A stretch of DNA of 63,712 nucleotides, counting the filler, from an uncultured Methanosarcinales archaeon (lineage in GTDB: Archaea > Nanobdellota > Nanobdellia > Woesearchaeales > GW2011-AR9): assembly GCA_964434885.1 (NCBI GenBank). It is 9 parts of 9 records of this genome, joined end to end, with 100 filler letters (N's around TTAATTAATTAA, not from the genome) between each part and the next. Parts side by side here need not be neighbours in the genome. Positions count along the whole stretch, not along the records: positions 17,276 to 25,136 come from CAYSWQ010000042.1; positions 25,237 to 32,855 come from CAYSWQ010000043.1; 7 more parts are not named here. One strand, 5' to 3'. The number at the start of each line of letters is the position of its first letter. Within the stretch, counting starts at the first letter, position 1. The notes under the pieces were generated by a model. It did not search any database and had not been told where the DNA came from. It saw only the letters and a list, made by a program, of their open reading frames with translations. The position numbers were made by a program, and so were the translations under genes. Of the stretch, positions 20,682 to 31,116 are shown piece after piece.

Positions 20682-23600
20682 AAAAACAAATTAAAAAATC
20701 AAAACTGTATGCCAAAAAGAGATTAAAGAAAAAGAATAATTGGAGTATTAAACCCAATTTATTCTACTTAGTCTTATCTTTGTTAGTAGTTGGTTTAGGA
20801 TTTTCTTTCCTAAATTTAGAAGGATTCACTGGAGCATTCATTGGTTTGGGGGGAACAATAAATCCTGCCGCTGCTGCAGTTGCCTCCAATGTAATCATAA
20901 ATTCTAGTTCCTTAACCAATTACACTAACGAAAACCTTACTGTCAATTATACTTTATCAAACTCAACAGATTTTGCTGTAATTGATTGGCGTTTGAATGG
21001 CTCTAGCCTCGCTTTAATAAACATGCCTTTTATTGGCAATGGCTCACAAAATGCTACGGATTATTCGATTTTCAATAATTCTGGAATAGTTTCTGATGCT
21101 ACTTGGAATGAATCTGGGGGAAGAGATGGCAAAGGCGCTTATGAATTTCATCCAGATGGACCTAAAGTAGAGGTAGAGGATTCTCCAATTTTGGATTCAA
21201 TCAATGATTCTATGGCTCTCTCTTTATGGTTCAAAATTCCAGTTTTACCAAGTGGCCAATATGCTTTGGCTGGCAAAGGTTCTGGTGCCAACACCAATGG
21301 TTTTGGTTTGACTTTACAAAATAATGGGGACCTTCGTTGGCACCTAGGTAATGGAACCGAAGAAAATAATATTGATGTGGGGGCCAATGCAACTCTTAAT
21401 ACTTGGCACCATGCAGTTGCTCTCTTGTATAATAATGGAACTCAAGCAGTCTTTTTAAATGGAGAAAAGCAAGCTACAACAGGAAATTGGACTCCTTATG
21501 GGGGTAAAGTTTTTGCTAACAATAATGGTTTTTTTGTAGGGTTATTTGAAATAACTGGAGATCAATTAAATGGATCAGTAGATGATTTGTTACTCTTCAA
21601 CCATTCTTTAACTACAGAACAAATTTTAGCTTTATACAACAACCGCACAGATTTAATTGTGAGCCAAGAAACTTCAGTGAACGATAATTGGTCTGCTTGT
21701 ATTACTCCTCATGACGGCAATGTAAGTGGATTAGAAACATGTAGTACTAATCTAACTGTCTTAAGTCGAATTCCAAACACAGTTAGTGTAGTGATAAACA
21801 CCACCACTAGAAGTAATTTCACTTCAGAAACCATCTCTTGTTATGCCAATATTACAGATGCTGATGGTGATGCTGTTTTTGCTAATTATACTTGGTATTT
21901 AAATGGAACATTGAATACAACCGGACAAAGTAATTCTTTTACTGCTAGTACCTTTGGAACTGTGGCAGAACAAGGTTCAACAAATACCTCTATTGGAGAT
22001 AATTGGACTTGTGGAGTACAAGCTTATGATGGTTACACTTATGAAACAGACGAAAATAATGCCACCGTAACAATAAAAAACAACCTTATTTGTGGGGGAG
22101 TTATTTCTGAATCAACTACATTAACTACTAATTATTCAATTTGTTCTGGAGATGGATTTAATATCACTACAGATAACACAATTCTCGATTGTAATACATT
22201 TTCAATTATTGGTAATAATTCCTCTTATGGTGTTTATATCAATGCCAATAATGTAACTATAAAAAATTGCTTAATCACTAATTTCACCACTGGCATTTAT
22301 ACTTATGAATCCAATGAAACAAATCTCACTAACAACACTTTAGCAGACCAATATTATTCGGGGATCACTCTCAATTATTCCAATAATTCTTATGTCCAAT
22401 CCAATATGACTAGCAATCTGAATTATGGTTTACATCAAGGACAGGATAGTTACAATAATTTAGTGTTTCAATCTTTTTTTGGAGGAAATACTATCCTTGG
22501 ATTAAATGTCGAACAAAACAAAGGTTTGAACATTACTAATAGTGAAATACAAGGAATTTGGTATGAAAATAGTCAAGATCTTCTAATTGCTGAGAATAAT
22601 TATTGGGGATCAACTAATTGTTCAGCATTTAATATGTTTATTCCAGCTGGAGGGGTAGTTGATTATGATCCTTTCTTAAATGTTAGTTATACAGACCCTT
22701 CTTTACAAAACTGTTCTACAGATCATTGTGGTAAAATTATTAAAGAAGATCATAATATGAGTCGAGATTTAGTTGGTTGTGCTGGTATTTGGGGTTATGG
22801 AATTAAGATTGCTGTTAACAACACCATTTTTGATTGTCAAGGTTATCAACTAGAGGACCCAGGTAATGGGATTGAGGTTTTACACAACTATTCAAATGTA
22901 ACTGTTCAAAATTGTAATATTAACCAATCAGATGGAATCTCGTTTGGAGTAACTGAATTTAGCAAGGCATTAAATAACACCATTGCTAACTCTCCTCAAG
23001 GAATCACTATACAAGGAAATAATAGCTCAATCATCAATAATACTTTGAGTGGTACAGAAGTACCTGGTACCGTGGGAATCGAAGTCAAAGGTTATTACCA
23101 CACCATTGAAGGAAACAATATTAGTTACTTTGATCGAGCCTTTCCTCATGCGGAATTTGATGGTCCTTATTACACTACATTTCAAAATAATTATTTGTTT
23201 AATAACAGTATTGGCTATCAATTAACCACTAACAACAATACCTTTATCAGAGAAACAATCATCAATCATACTAATGGAATCAAGATTGATTGGGAGAATT
23301 CAGCAGTTGTAGGAAATGAATTCCGAGATTCAGTTTTTGCTAACAACACTGAAGATCTAAATTTCCGTTTCAGCAATCAAGGTAACATCACTTTTATCAA
23401 CAGTTCTATAGATAAAACCAAACTATATGTTTATTCTGGAGCCAGGGCTTGGTTTAAATGGTATGTTGATGTCAATGTTACAGATAGTAATCAAAATCCA
23501 ATTTCAGGAGCACATGTAAAAGCATATAACTCTCTTTCTCAATTAGAATACAATAACACCACAGAAAGCGATGGAATTGCTAGACTAGTTGTTACCGAGT

Positions 23601-25136
23601 TTTATCGTAAGAATGAAGTTAATAATTATGTAACTCCCACAAGTATTCAAGTTACTAAGAATAATTTCACTTCTAATTCCACTTCTATTAATTTATATGA
23701 TCTTACTTATGCTTCTGTTAATTTAACATTAACTGGGATTGGTTGTGGAGACACAATCACTGGGGATTTTATCTTAGGAAATAATTATGCTTGTCCAGGT
23801 AATGGTCTAATAATTGGGGCAGACAACATTGTAATCAATGGATCTGGATACAATCTCACTGGTAATGGATCTGGATTAGCAATTAACCTAACTGGACGAA
23901 CTGGGGTAACTATTAATGATTTCCAAATAACCAACTACACAGACGGTCTCAGATTAACCGATACAAACCATAGTTCATTATACAATTTAGTAATTACTAA
24001 CAACACCAATGGATTGATTGTTAATAGATCAAATAACAATACAATTTATGGGGGAATTTGGGATAATATGACTGATTCCCACATGCTATTCACTAATGAC
24101 AATAACACCAATAACTCTTTGGTCAATACCACTTTAACACCAGATGACATCAACATTACTGGAACAGCTCAAGTTTTCTTCAAATGGTATGTTACAGTTA
24201 ATACTACATATAATAACAATACTGCCTTACCCAACGCACAAATTTATGGTTATTTTAACAACACCACTACTTTGGAAGATTCTTCTACAACTGGGGCAAA
24301 TGGAACCGGAACATTGATTCTATCAGAAGTAAAAAAGAATAGTTCTGGCACATTTTACCTTACTCCCCATAATATTTCCATAAATTATGCTCTAACTAAT
24401 GAGAATGTTACTAATGAAACTAGTATTAATCTTTCCACCACTAACAACACTCAAGTTGATTTAGCAGTTAATCTTAATTGTACTTCTCCCAGTTCAACTG
24501 ATGCTACAATTGTTACTAATGACACTACTTTTTGTCCCGGAACATTCACGATTCAAGAGATTCAAATTCATGCCAACGATATCACAATAACTTGTGATAA
24601 CACAATTTTCCAACCTCAAACAGGAAATCTGTTTGCTATCACTAGTCGGGATGGATATAATAATACAGTGGTAACTGGTTGTACATTCCAAAATTTTAAT
24701 GAACCAATAGAAATTATGAATTCTCAAAATTTAACTTTTGAAGACATTACTATGGCTGGTGTGGGGGCAGGAGGTATTATTTTATCTAGCAGCAATGATA
24801 TTCAAATAACTAATGCAAATATTTCTTCTAATACTGAACATGTCCGCTCTATTGCCTGTGCTCAAGTTAATCGTCTAAATATTAATAATTCTTATATCTC
24901 TACACACAGAGGGGTTGTTCTTGATGTAGGTTGTAATTATTCAACTTTATTTAACAATACTTTTGCTGCCCCTGGTTCAAACAACGATGAAGCATTAATC
25001 TTTGAATCTGCCAACCATGGCATATTTTTCAATAATACTTTTGAATCATTTAATTATGTTTTAAAATTCAACTCAGAGAACCCTTCCACCAATAATACTT
25101 TTTATCACAACATCTTTTCCAACTCTCAAACATATC
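20678..25136 (+). CDS. Giant secreted/surface glycoprotein: LamG-like domain, Ig-like module and several parallel beta-helix (NosD/CASH-like) modules, 3' partial
   Basis: N-terminal anchor plus TGAFIG; ALSLWFK, TWHHAV, NGSVDDLLLFNHSLT; repeated CG...C..G..I..DN...DC starts; many NxS/T sequons. Confidence 0.88.
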
Positions 25137-25345
25137 NNNNNNNNNNNNNNNNNNNNNNNNNNNNNNNNNNNNNNNNNNNNTTAATTAATTAANNNNNNNN
25201 NNNNNNNNNNNNNNNNNNNNNNNNNNNNNNNNNNNNACATAATACATCACCAAGATGTATTATACTGTGCCCTTAAAACGTGATACTACATATTGATTGC
25301 TAATTAATAATCTTTATAAACTTTGTTTAATAAGATGTTTTAATA

Positions 25346-26065
25346 ATGAAAGAGAATATATTTCACTTAAAGAAAAAAAAAGAGAACCTTTATAGGTTTA
25401 AGAACGCCAAGGTTATTAAAAATAGATTACCTTTGATTAAAAAATTGGTTGAAAATAAAACTGTTTTAGATATAGGTTCAGTTCAACATGTTTCTTCGTT
25501 TGAAAGTAATCCAAATTTTCTTTTTAAATTTTTAACTAAACACGCTAAAAAAGTAGTTGGTATTGATAAGGTTGAAGAAGAAGTTAAAAAATTAAGGGAG
25601 AAAGGTTATAATATCCTTGTTGGAGACGCTGAGTCCATGAAACTTAATCAGAAATTTGATGTGATTATGGCGGGTAATGTTATTGAACATCTTTCTAATC
25701 CTGGTATTTTTTTACGTAACATGAAAAATCATTTAAAAGACGATGGGAAAATTATAATAACTACTGATAATGAAGGTGGTTTTCCTTCTTCCTTCCATAC
25801 TCTTTGTTTAGGTTACATTCCTGAGAATCCAGATCACACCATGGTTTTTAATTACTCTTGTTTACGAGAACTTACCACTAGAGAAAGTTTAATAATTAAA
25901 AAATATTACTATTGCCAATCTAAGGACACTCCTCAAAAATATTATGATTCATTAGTGTTAAGAAGTTATTCTTTTGTTAAAAGAACTTTACTTAATTTAT
26001 TGATATTAATACGAAAAAATTTTACTCCAAGTTGTATTTTAGTTTTAACTAAGAAGATTGATTAA
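25346..26065 (+). CDS. Class I SAM-dependent methyltransferase
   Basis: VLDIGS, VGID, GDAE, FDVIMAGNVIEHL. Confidence 0.9.
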   Translation: MKENIFHLKKKKENLYRFKNAKVIKNRLPLIKKLVENKTVLDIGSVQHVSSFESNPNFLFKFLTKHAKKVVGIDKVEEEVKKLREKGYNILVGDAESMKLNQKFDVIMAGNVIEHLSNPGIFLRNMKNHLKDDGKIIITTDNEGGFPSSFHTLCLGYIPENPDHTMVFNYSCLRELTTRESLIIKKYYYCQSKDTPQKYYDSLVLRSYSFVKRTLLNLLILIRKNFTPSCILVLTKKID

Positions 26066-26080
26066 ATTAGAATTTCGCAT

Positions 26081-27877
26081 CTATCCCAACCATCTTTCCT
26101 TCCATTCTTCCAATATCAAATTACTCCAAATTAAATGACTATAATCTCTTTTACTTTTAAAATGTTGATTTAGTATTTTTTTAATAAATCTTTTGTTTTT
26201 AACTTGATTACTTAATAATTTTTCAATAACATAACTTTTCAATTCTTTCCGGAAATATTGTTTTAAAGGAACACCAAAACCGCGTTTCTTTTTGTAAATG
26301 GTGCTTTTAGGCAGCATTCCTTCCATCGCTTTTTTTAAGATAACTTTCTTCTGCAAATTATTTATTTTCCATTGTTGTGGGATTTGACCACTAAGTTCTA
26401 CAAATTGATGATCTAAGAATGGGACCCTTACTTCTAAAGAATGAGCCATTGAAGCTCGATCCACTTTTGTTAAAATTTGTTCAGGCAAATATAATTTTAA
26501 ATCACTATACATTAAATTATTAAAATTGCGCTTCCATTTGAAAAAAGGTCGATAAGTGTTAATGGTATCCTGGTCAACCCCCATGAATGAGAGATCCCCA
26601 TAATTAAGCAAGGCCCTCAGTTTTCCATAATTGTGATAACCATAGTTATTCTGAGGATTAATTAAATCAGCAATTCTATTGGTGTAGTGGCTTTGGGAAA
26701 GATTTTGCAAGCCTTTCTTTGCCAAACTTCGAACGAACTTTGGAATTAGATTTTGCTTTTGTAATATTTGGTGTTGAGTGTACCAATCATAACCCCCAAA
26801 CAATTCATCTCCTCCATCTCCTCCGAGACAAACCGTTACTTGTTTGCTAGCAATTTCCGAAACAAAATAAGTAGGTAGCATAGAATAATCTGCCAAAGGA
26901 TCATCATAATGATAGATTAGCTTAGGTATTAATTTCATCACGTCTTGTCCAGTGAAATATTTCTCATAATGTTCCGTCCCTAATTCATCAGCAATAAGTC
27001 TAGCATCTTTGGTCTCGTTAAACTCGTTATATTCAAAACCAATTGAGAAAGTTTTCAAGTCTTCTTTATATTTTTTAATCGTTGCCACAATGGCACTACT
27101 ATCAATTCCTCCCGAAAGAAAGGCTCCAACTGGAACATCAGCGATTAATCTTTTTTTAACTGAATGGTCTAAATTTTTTTTAATCAAAGAAATTGTTTGT
27201 TTTTTATTTTTTAATGGATAACGGAATGAAAGATCCCAGTATTTTCTAGTTTGCAAATTGTTATTTTTTAGAATCAATGAATGCCCTGGATTTAACTTAT
27301 AGATGTTTTCTAGAATTGATTGGCCACTAGGAGTAAATCCAAAAGTTAAGTAATGGTCGGAAGCTGGCTTACATATTTTTCTGTCAATCCCATGTTGAAG
27401 AATGGCTTTCAGTTCAGAAGCAAAAATAAACTTTTGACCATCCCAATAATAATAAAGTGGTTTGATACCTAAACGGTCTCGGGCTAGAAATAACTCCTTT
27501 TTCTCAGCATCCCAAATAGCAAAGGCGAACATCCCATTAAAGTATTGGAGACAACCTCCTCCCCATTCTTCATAAGCATGAATGATCACTTCTGTATCTG
27601 TATCTGATTTGAAGCGGTGGCCTTTCTTTTCCAAATTATTTCTTAATTCTAGGAAATTATAAAGCTCTCCATTGTAAGTAATCCAGATAGTTCCTTCTTC
27701 ATTACACATTGGTTGCTTACCGGCTGTTGATAAATCAATTATCGAAAGACGGCGATGACCTAAACTAATCTCAGAACAATAATGCCCTGCACCATCTGGT
27801 CCTCGATGTACCACAGTAGAAGACATCTGTTTAATTAGATCTTTATCTTCCCAGTTAAAACCACAGATTCCACACAT
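26081..27877 (-). CDS. asnB: Asparagine synthase-like glutamine amidotransferase (probably glycan amidation)
   Basis: MCGICG, HRGPD, HRRLSIID, NGELYN, LSGGIDSS, GDGGDELFGGY, EVRVPFLD. Confidence 0.93.
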   Translation of the reverse strand: MCGICGFNWEDKDLIKQMSSTVVHRGPDGAGHYCSEISLGHRRLSIIDLSTAGKQPMCNEEGTIWITYNGELYNFLELRNNLEKKGHRFKSDTDTEVIIHAYEEWGGGCLQYFNGMFAFAIWDAEKKELFLARDRLGIKPLYYYWDGQKFIFASELKAILQHGIDRKICKPASDHYLTFGFTPSGQSILENIYKLNPGHSLILKNNNLQTRKYWDLSFRYPLKNKKQTISLIKKNLDHSVKKRLIADVPVGAFLSGGIDSSAIVATIKKYKEDLKTFSIGFEYNEFNETKDARLIADELGTEHYEKYFTGQDVMKLIPKLIYHYDDPLADYSMLPTYFVSEIASKQVTVCLGGDGGDELFGGYDWYTQHQILQKQNLIPKFVRSLAKKGLQNLSQSHYTNRIADLINPQNNYGYHNYGKLRALLNYGDLSFMGVDQDTINTYRPFFKWKRNFNNLMYSDLKLYLPEQILTKVDRASMAHSLEVRVPFLDHQFVELSGQIPQQWKINNLQKKVILKKAMEGMLPKSTIYKKKRGFGVPLKQYFRKELKSYVIEKLLSNQVKNKRFIKKILNQHFKSKRDYSHLIWSNLILEEWKERWLG

Positions 27878-27908
27878 ACAATTTATTTAGCTAGTTGATT
27901 TTTAAGAT

Positions 27909-29060
27909 TTATGATTCCCAGTTTATTTTGGTTTTATCATAGATATGCCTAGGTTTTGAAAACCGATATGGGAAAGTCTCTTTGGTGCCTTTAATGGTTA
28001 CTGCCCAGTCTGGCGCAACATATTTTCTGACCCATCTGATATTTCTCACCCACTCCCTTTTTTCCCAACGCAAATCTTCTTTAATATTTATGCCAAATTG
28101 CTTACACCAAGAATATACTTCTGGATAGGTGTGATGGGTAGCAATCGGTGCACTATACCAATCAAACATTATCGAAGTATTTGGCTCCCATCTAAATAAC
28201 AAATTAACTGGTTTTTCAATTACTAGTCCACAAAATTTACAGGCGTCCGCCAGAAATTTTGATAATTTCATTAGTTTAGGCACTGACATCTTTGTCGTTA
28301 TTTTTCTCATCCACCAGTCATTGAATTCCCAAACTAAATTCCCTTTATGGTAGCAAGTAACACAAATAGTCCCGGCTTCCTTTAAATGAGAAAGAATGGC
28401 TGCCAAAGATCTTTTGGAATTTCCTGTATGGTGAATTACTCCAATTGTAAAAACAATATCAAAAACATTCTTTTTAAATGGTAGATTAAATATATCTGCC
28501 TGAACAATATGGACTTTTTCAAAGTGTTTGGTGTTATTGTAAGCGGATTCAACTCCTGGACCTAAATCAAAACCAACTACTTCTGCTCCACAGTTTAAAG
28601 CTTGATAAACATACCGACCATTGCCACAACCAGCATCTAAAACTAATTTCCCTTGCAATTCACTTTTTCTCAACAATGTTTTTTCATGGAAGATTTTCTT
28701 CTCAAATTCTAGATTATAAACTTGGTCATCAAAACCATGTTTGTTGAAATGTACCCATTCATAACCAAAATATTTGATGTTGTCTTGTTTTAGTTTTTTC
28801 AGAGAATCTTTTTTACCCAAAAAGTTGTGAGTGGGACAAATTTCTTTAATTTGGTCTTGGAATTTCTCTTCAAACTCAGGGTTGTAATACAATTCCCTAG
28901 GTAAAAAGCGAGGTATATAATCAATAATAAAAAAATGTTGACCACATGAGCAACTTAACAAACCATCTTTAATCTCTTCACCTTCTTTCTTGAAAATGTG
29001 CAGTTCAAAATCCGAACCACATTTTTTACATTCAATTAATTTCAATAATTTGGATTTCAT
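27909..29060 (-). CDS. Trm112-like Zn domain fused to a class I SAM methyltransferase
   Basis: LLKLIECKKC..EIKDGLLSCSCGQHFFIIDYIPRF, then VLDAGCGNG, VQADIFNLPF, GVIHHT. Confidence 0.85.
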   Translation of the reverse strand: MKSKLLKLIECKKCGSDFELHIFKKEGEEIKDGLLSCSCGQHFFIIDYIPRFLPRELYYNPEFEEKFQDQIKEICPTHNFLGKKDSLKKLKQDNIKYFGYEWVHFNKHGFDDQVYNLEFEKKIFHEKTLLRKSELQGKLVLDAGCGNGRYVYQALNCGAEVVGFDLGPGVESAYNNTKHFEKVHIVQADIFNLPFKKNVFDIVFTIGVIHHTGNSKRSLAAILSHLKEAGTICVTCYHKGNLVWEFNDWWMRKITTKMSVPKLMKLSKFLADACKFCGLVIEKPVNLLFRWEPNTSIMFDWYSAPIATHHTYPEVYSWCKQFGINIKEDLRWEKREWVRNIRWVRKYVAPDWAVTIKGTKETFPYRFSKPRHIYDKTKINWES

Positions 29061-29063
29061 TTT

Positions 29064-30272
29064 TTACCACTTTTTCAGTTTATATTGCATCTCTTCTTCA
29101 GCTTTTTGAGCTAGTTTATTATAATTTCTTTCTTTCCGAATATATATTTGACCATTTTTACCCATTTGCTTTCCTTTTTTCTGGTTTTTTATTAATACTA
29201 AGATGGCTTCACAAAAATCTTTGATTGTGTAATCAACACAAAATCCACCTTGTGAGGCCTTGATTATGTTCTGTTGTTCCGGATTGTAGTTGTTAGCCAC
29301 CACCGGCAAACCAGCATTCATGTATTCCATCAATTTAATTGGTGAGTTCATTTTTAATATTGGGTTTGGGGGAAACTGTGAAATTCCAATGTCTGCAGCA
29401 GCAAGATAAGAAGGCACTTCTTTTCTTGGAACTCTACCTGTAAAAACTACATTATTCTGCAACTGATTAACTTCCACATATTTTTTATAGTCAATCATGT
29501 CTTCTGGATTTTTTCCTTCACCCACAACCAATAGTTTAATTTCCGGATCTTCTTTTATTAAATTTTTGATAATCTTAAATAAAAAAAATGGATCTCTGGT
29601 TTTTATTAAAGTTCCCAAGTAAATCAAGGTTTTCCCTGATTTCAAATTATATTTATCAACAATACTCCTAATTTTTCCTTCATCTTCTTCTGCCCCTGGG
29701 GTTGTACCTAAAGGTAAGGTTCTCACCCTGTTCCTTTTCATCCCTTTTTCAATCAAGTACTCCTTCATCTGATCACTAATCGCAAAAATCAAATCAGCTT
29801 TTTTAAGTACCAATTCAGTTAAGGTTTTACTAATAGAGCCCACTAAGTAGTTCTTTAATCTACCCCCATATAAGTTATGTTTCGCGAAATAAATTGTTTC
29901 TTCTGATTTTAAATGTGATAACTGAAAGACAAATGGCATTTTATGCTTTTTAGAAAATCTTCTGGCAAACAGACCCATCAAAGGATCATTGCGTACATAA
30001 ACCAAATCAAATTTATTTTTTCTTATTTTGCTTTCTATTTTTTTTAAATCCCATAACAAACACCAATAATCAACCAAGATATTATTTTTTGTCGGCAACA
30101 CTAACCCTTTATTCTGGTTCCATTCTATCTTAGTAATCTTATTCAATGGTTGTTTAGATTTCATCACCCACAAAATTGAATGACCTTGCTCTCTAAATAT
30201 TTTTGAATAAACTTCTTCTAAAAAGACATGGTCAGTAGGATATTTCTGGTCTACTAACATCAAAATTCTCAT
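29064..30272 (-). CDS. Glycosyltransferase family 4 (GT-B)
   Basis: YLGTL, FTGRVP, AADIG, SPIKLMEYMNAGLPVV. Confidence 0.92.
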   Translation of the reverse strand: MRILMLVDQKYPTDHVFLEEVYSKIFREQGHSILWVMKSKQPLNKITKIEWNQNKGLVLPTKNNILVDYWCLLWDLKKIESKIRKNKFDLVYVRNDPLMGLFARRFSKKHKMPFVFQLSHLKSEETIYFAKHNLYGGRLKNYLVGSISKTLTELVLKKADLIFAISDQMKEYLIEKGMKRNRVRTLPLGTTPGAEEDEGKIRSIVDKYNLKSGKTLIYLGTLIKTRDPFFLFKIIKNLIKEDPEIKLLVVGEGKNPEDMIDYKKYVEVNQLQNNVVFTGRVPRKEVPSYLAAADIGISQFPPNPILKMNSPIKLMEYMNAGLPVVANNYNPEQQNIIKASQGGFCVDYTIKDFCEAILVLIKNQKKGKQMGKNGQIYIRKERNYNKLAQKAEEEMQYKLKKW

Positions 30273-30323
30273 GTAACTATTTTTAGCAACCTATTTAAAT
30301 AGGGTATGGAAAAGAGTTCCTGA

Positions 30324-30686
30324 ATGAAAAATATAACTCTTGGTATTATTCTTATGATTACTTGCACCTTTTTTACTGCTTTTGGAGAATTCTTATTCAA
30401 ACTAAGTGCCAAATCTTTTCAATGGCACCCAGTTAGCTTGTTAACTAATTATACTTTGATCTTAGCTTTTGCTATCTTCTTTTTGGGATCAGTACTATTA
30501 ATCATTGCTTTGAGGTTTGGTGACCTTTCCGTCCTTTATCCTTTCATTGCCTTGAATTTTATTTGGGTAATGCTAATCTCTTTTTGGTGGTTGGGAGAAT
30601 ATATTAATCGTTTTAAAATTGGAGCCGCCATCCTAGTTGTTTTTGGTGTGGTATTAATAGCTAAAGGGGGTGGAGAAAGTGAGTAA
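30324..30686 (+). CDS. Small 4-TM DMT/EamA (ArnE/ArnF-like) protein
   Basis: GDLSVLYPFIAL, LGEYI..KIGA. Confidence 0.85.
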   Translation: MKNITLGIILMITCTFFTAFGEFLFKLSAKSFQWHPVSLLTNYTLILAFAIFFLGSVLLIIALRFGDLSVLYPFIALNFIWVMLISFWWLGEYINRFKIGAAILVVFGVVLIAKGGGESE

Positions 30687-31029
30687 TTTGGTTTATGGGT
30701 TTTCTTTTGCCGTAATCGCCACCATTATTGGTTCTTTTGGAGCCTTATTTTTTAAGTATGCATCAAAAAGAATTACACCTTCTCTTTTAGGTTTGATAAA
30801 GAATTATTATTTATTGATTGGTTTCTTTTTATATGGTATTTCTTCACTAATCTATGTTTATGCCTTAACTTTTGCTGATCTTTCCACTTTGTATCCAGTT
30901 GCCGGTTTAAGTTACGTTTGGATTTCTTTGCTTTCCATCAAATTTTTGAAAGAACAGATGAATGATTTAAAATGGTTCGGAATTCTCATGATTTTACTAG
31001 GGGTCTTTTTGGTTAGTTTTAGTACGTAA
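30670..31029 (+). CDS. Second small 4-TM DMT/EamA (ArnE/ArnF-like) protein
   Basis: ADLSTLYPVAGLSYVW, FLKEQM..KWFG; overlaps its partner; true start may be GTG 30679. Confidence 0.85.
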   Translation: MEKVSNLVYGFSFAVIATIIGSFGALFFKYASKRITPSLLGLIKNYYLLIGFFLYGISSLIYVYALTFADLSTLYPVAGLSYVWISLLSIKFLKEQMNDLKWFGILMILLGVFLVSFST

Positions 31030-31116
31030 AAAGAATTTTTTTACCAGGTCAGATATTCACAATCTTTATAAGACGCTAGAAATCTGATTATTCTATTAAT
31101 TAATCAGGTGAGATAC

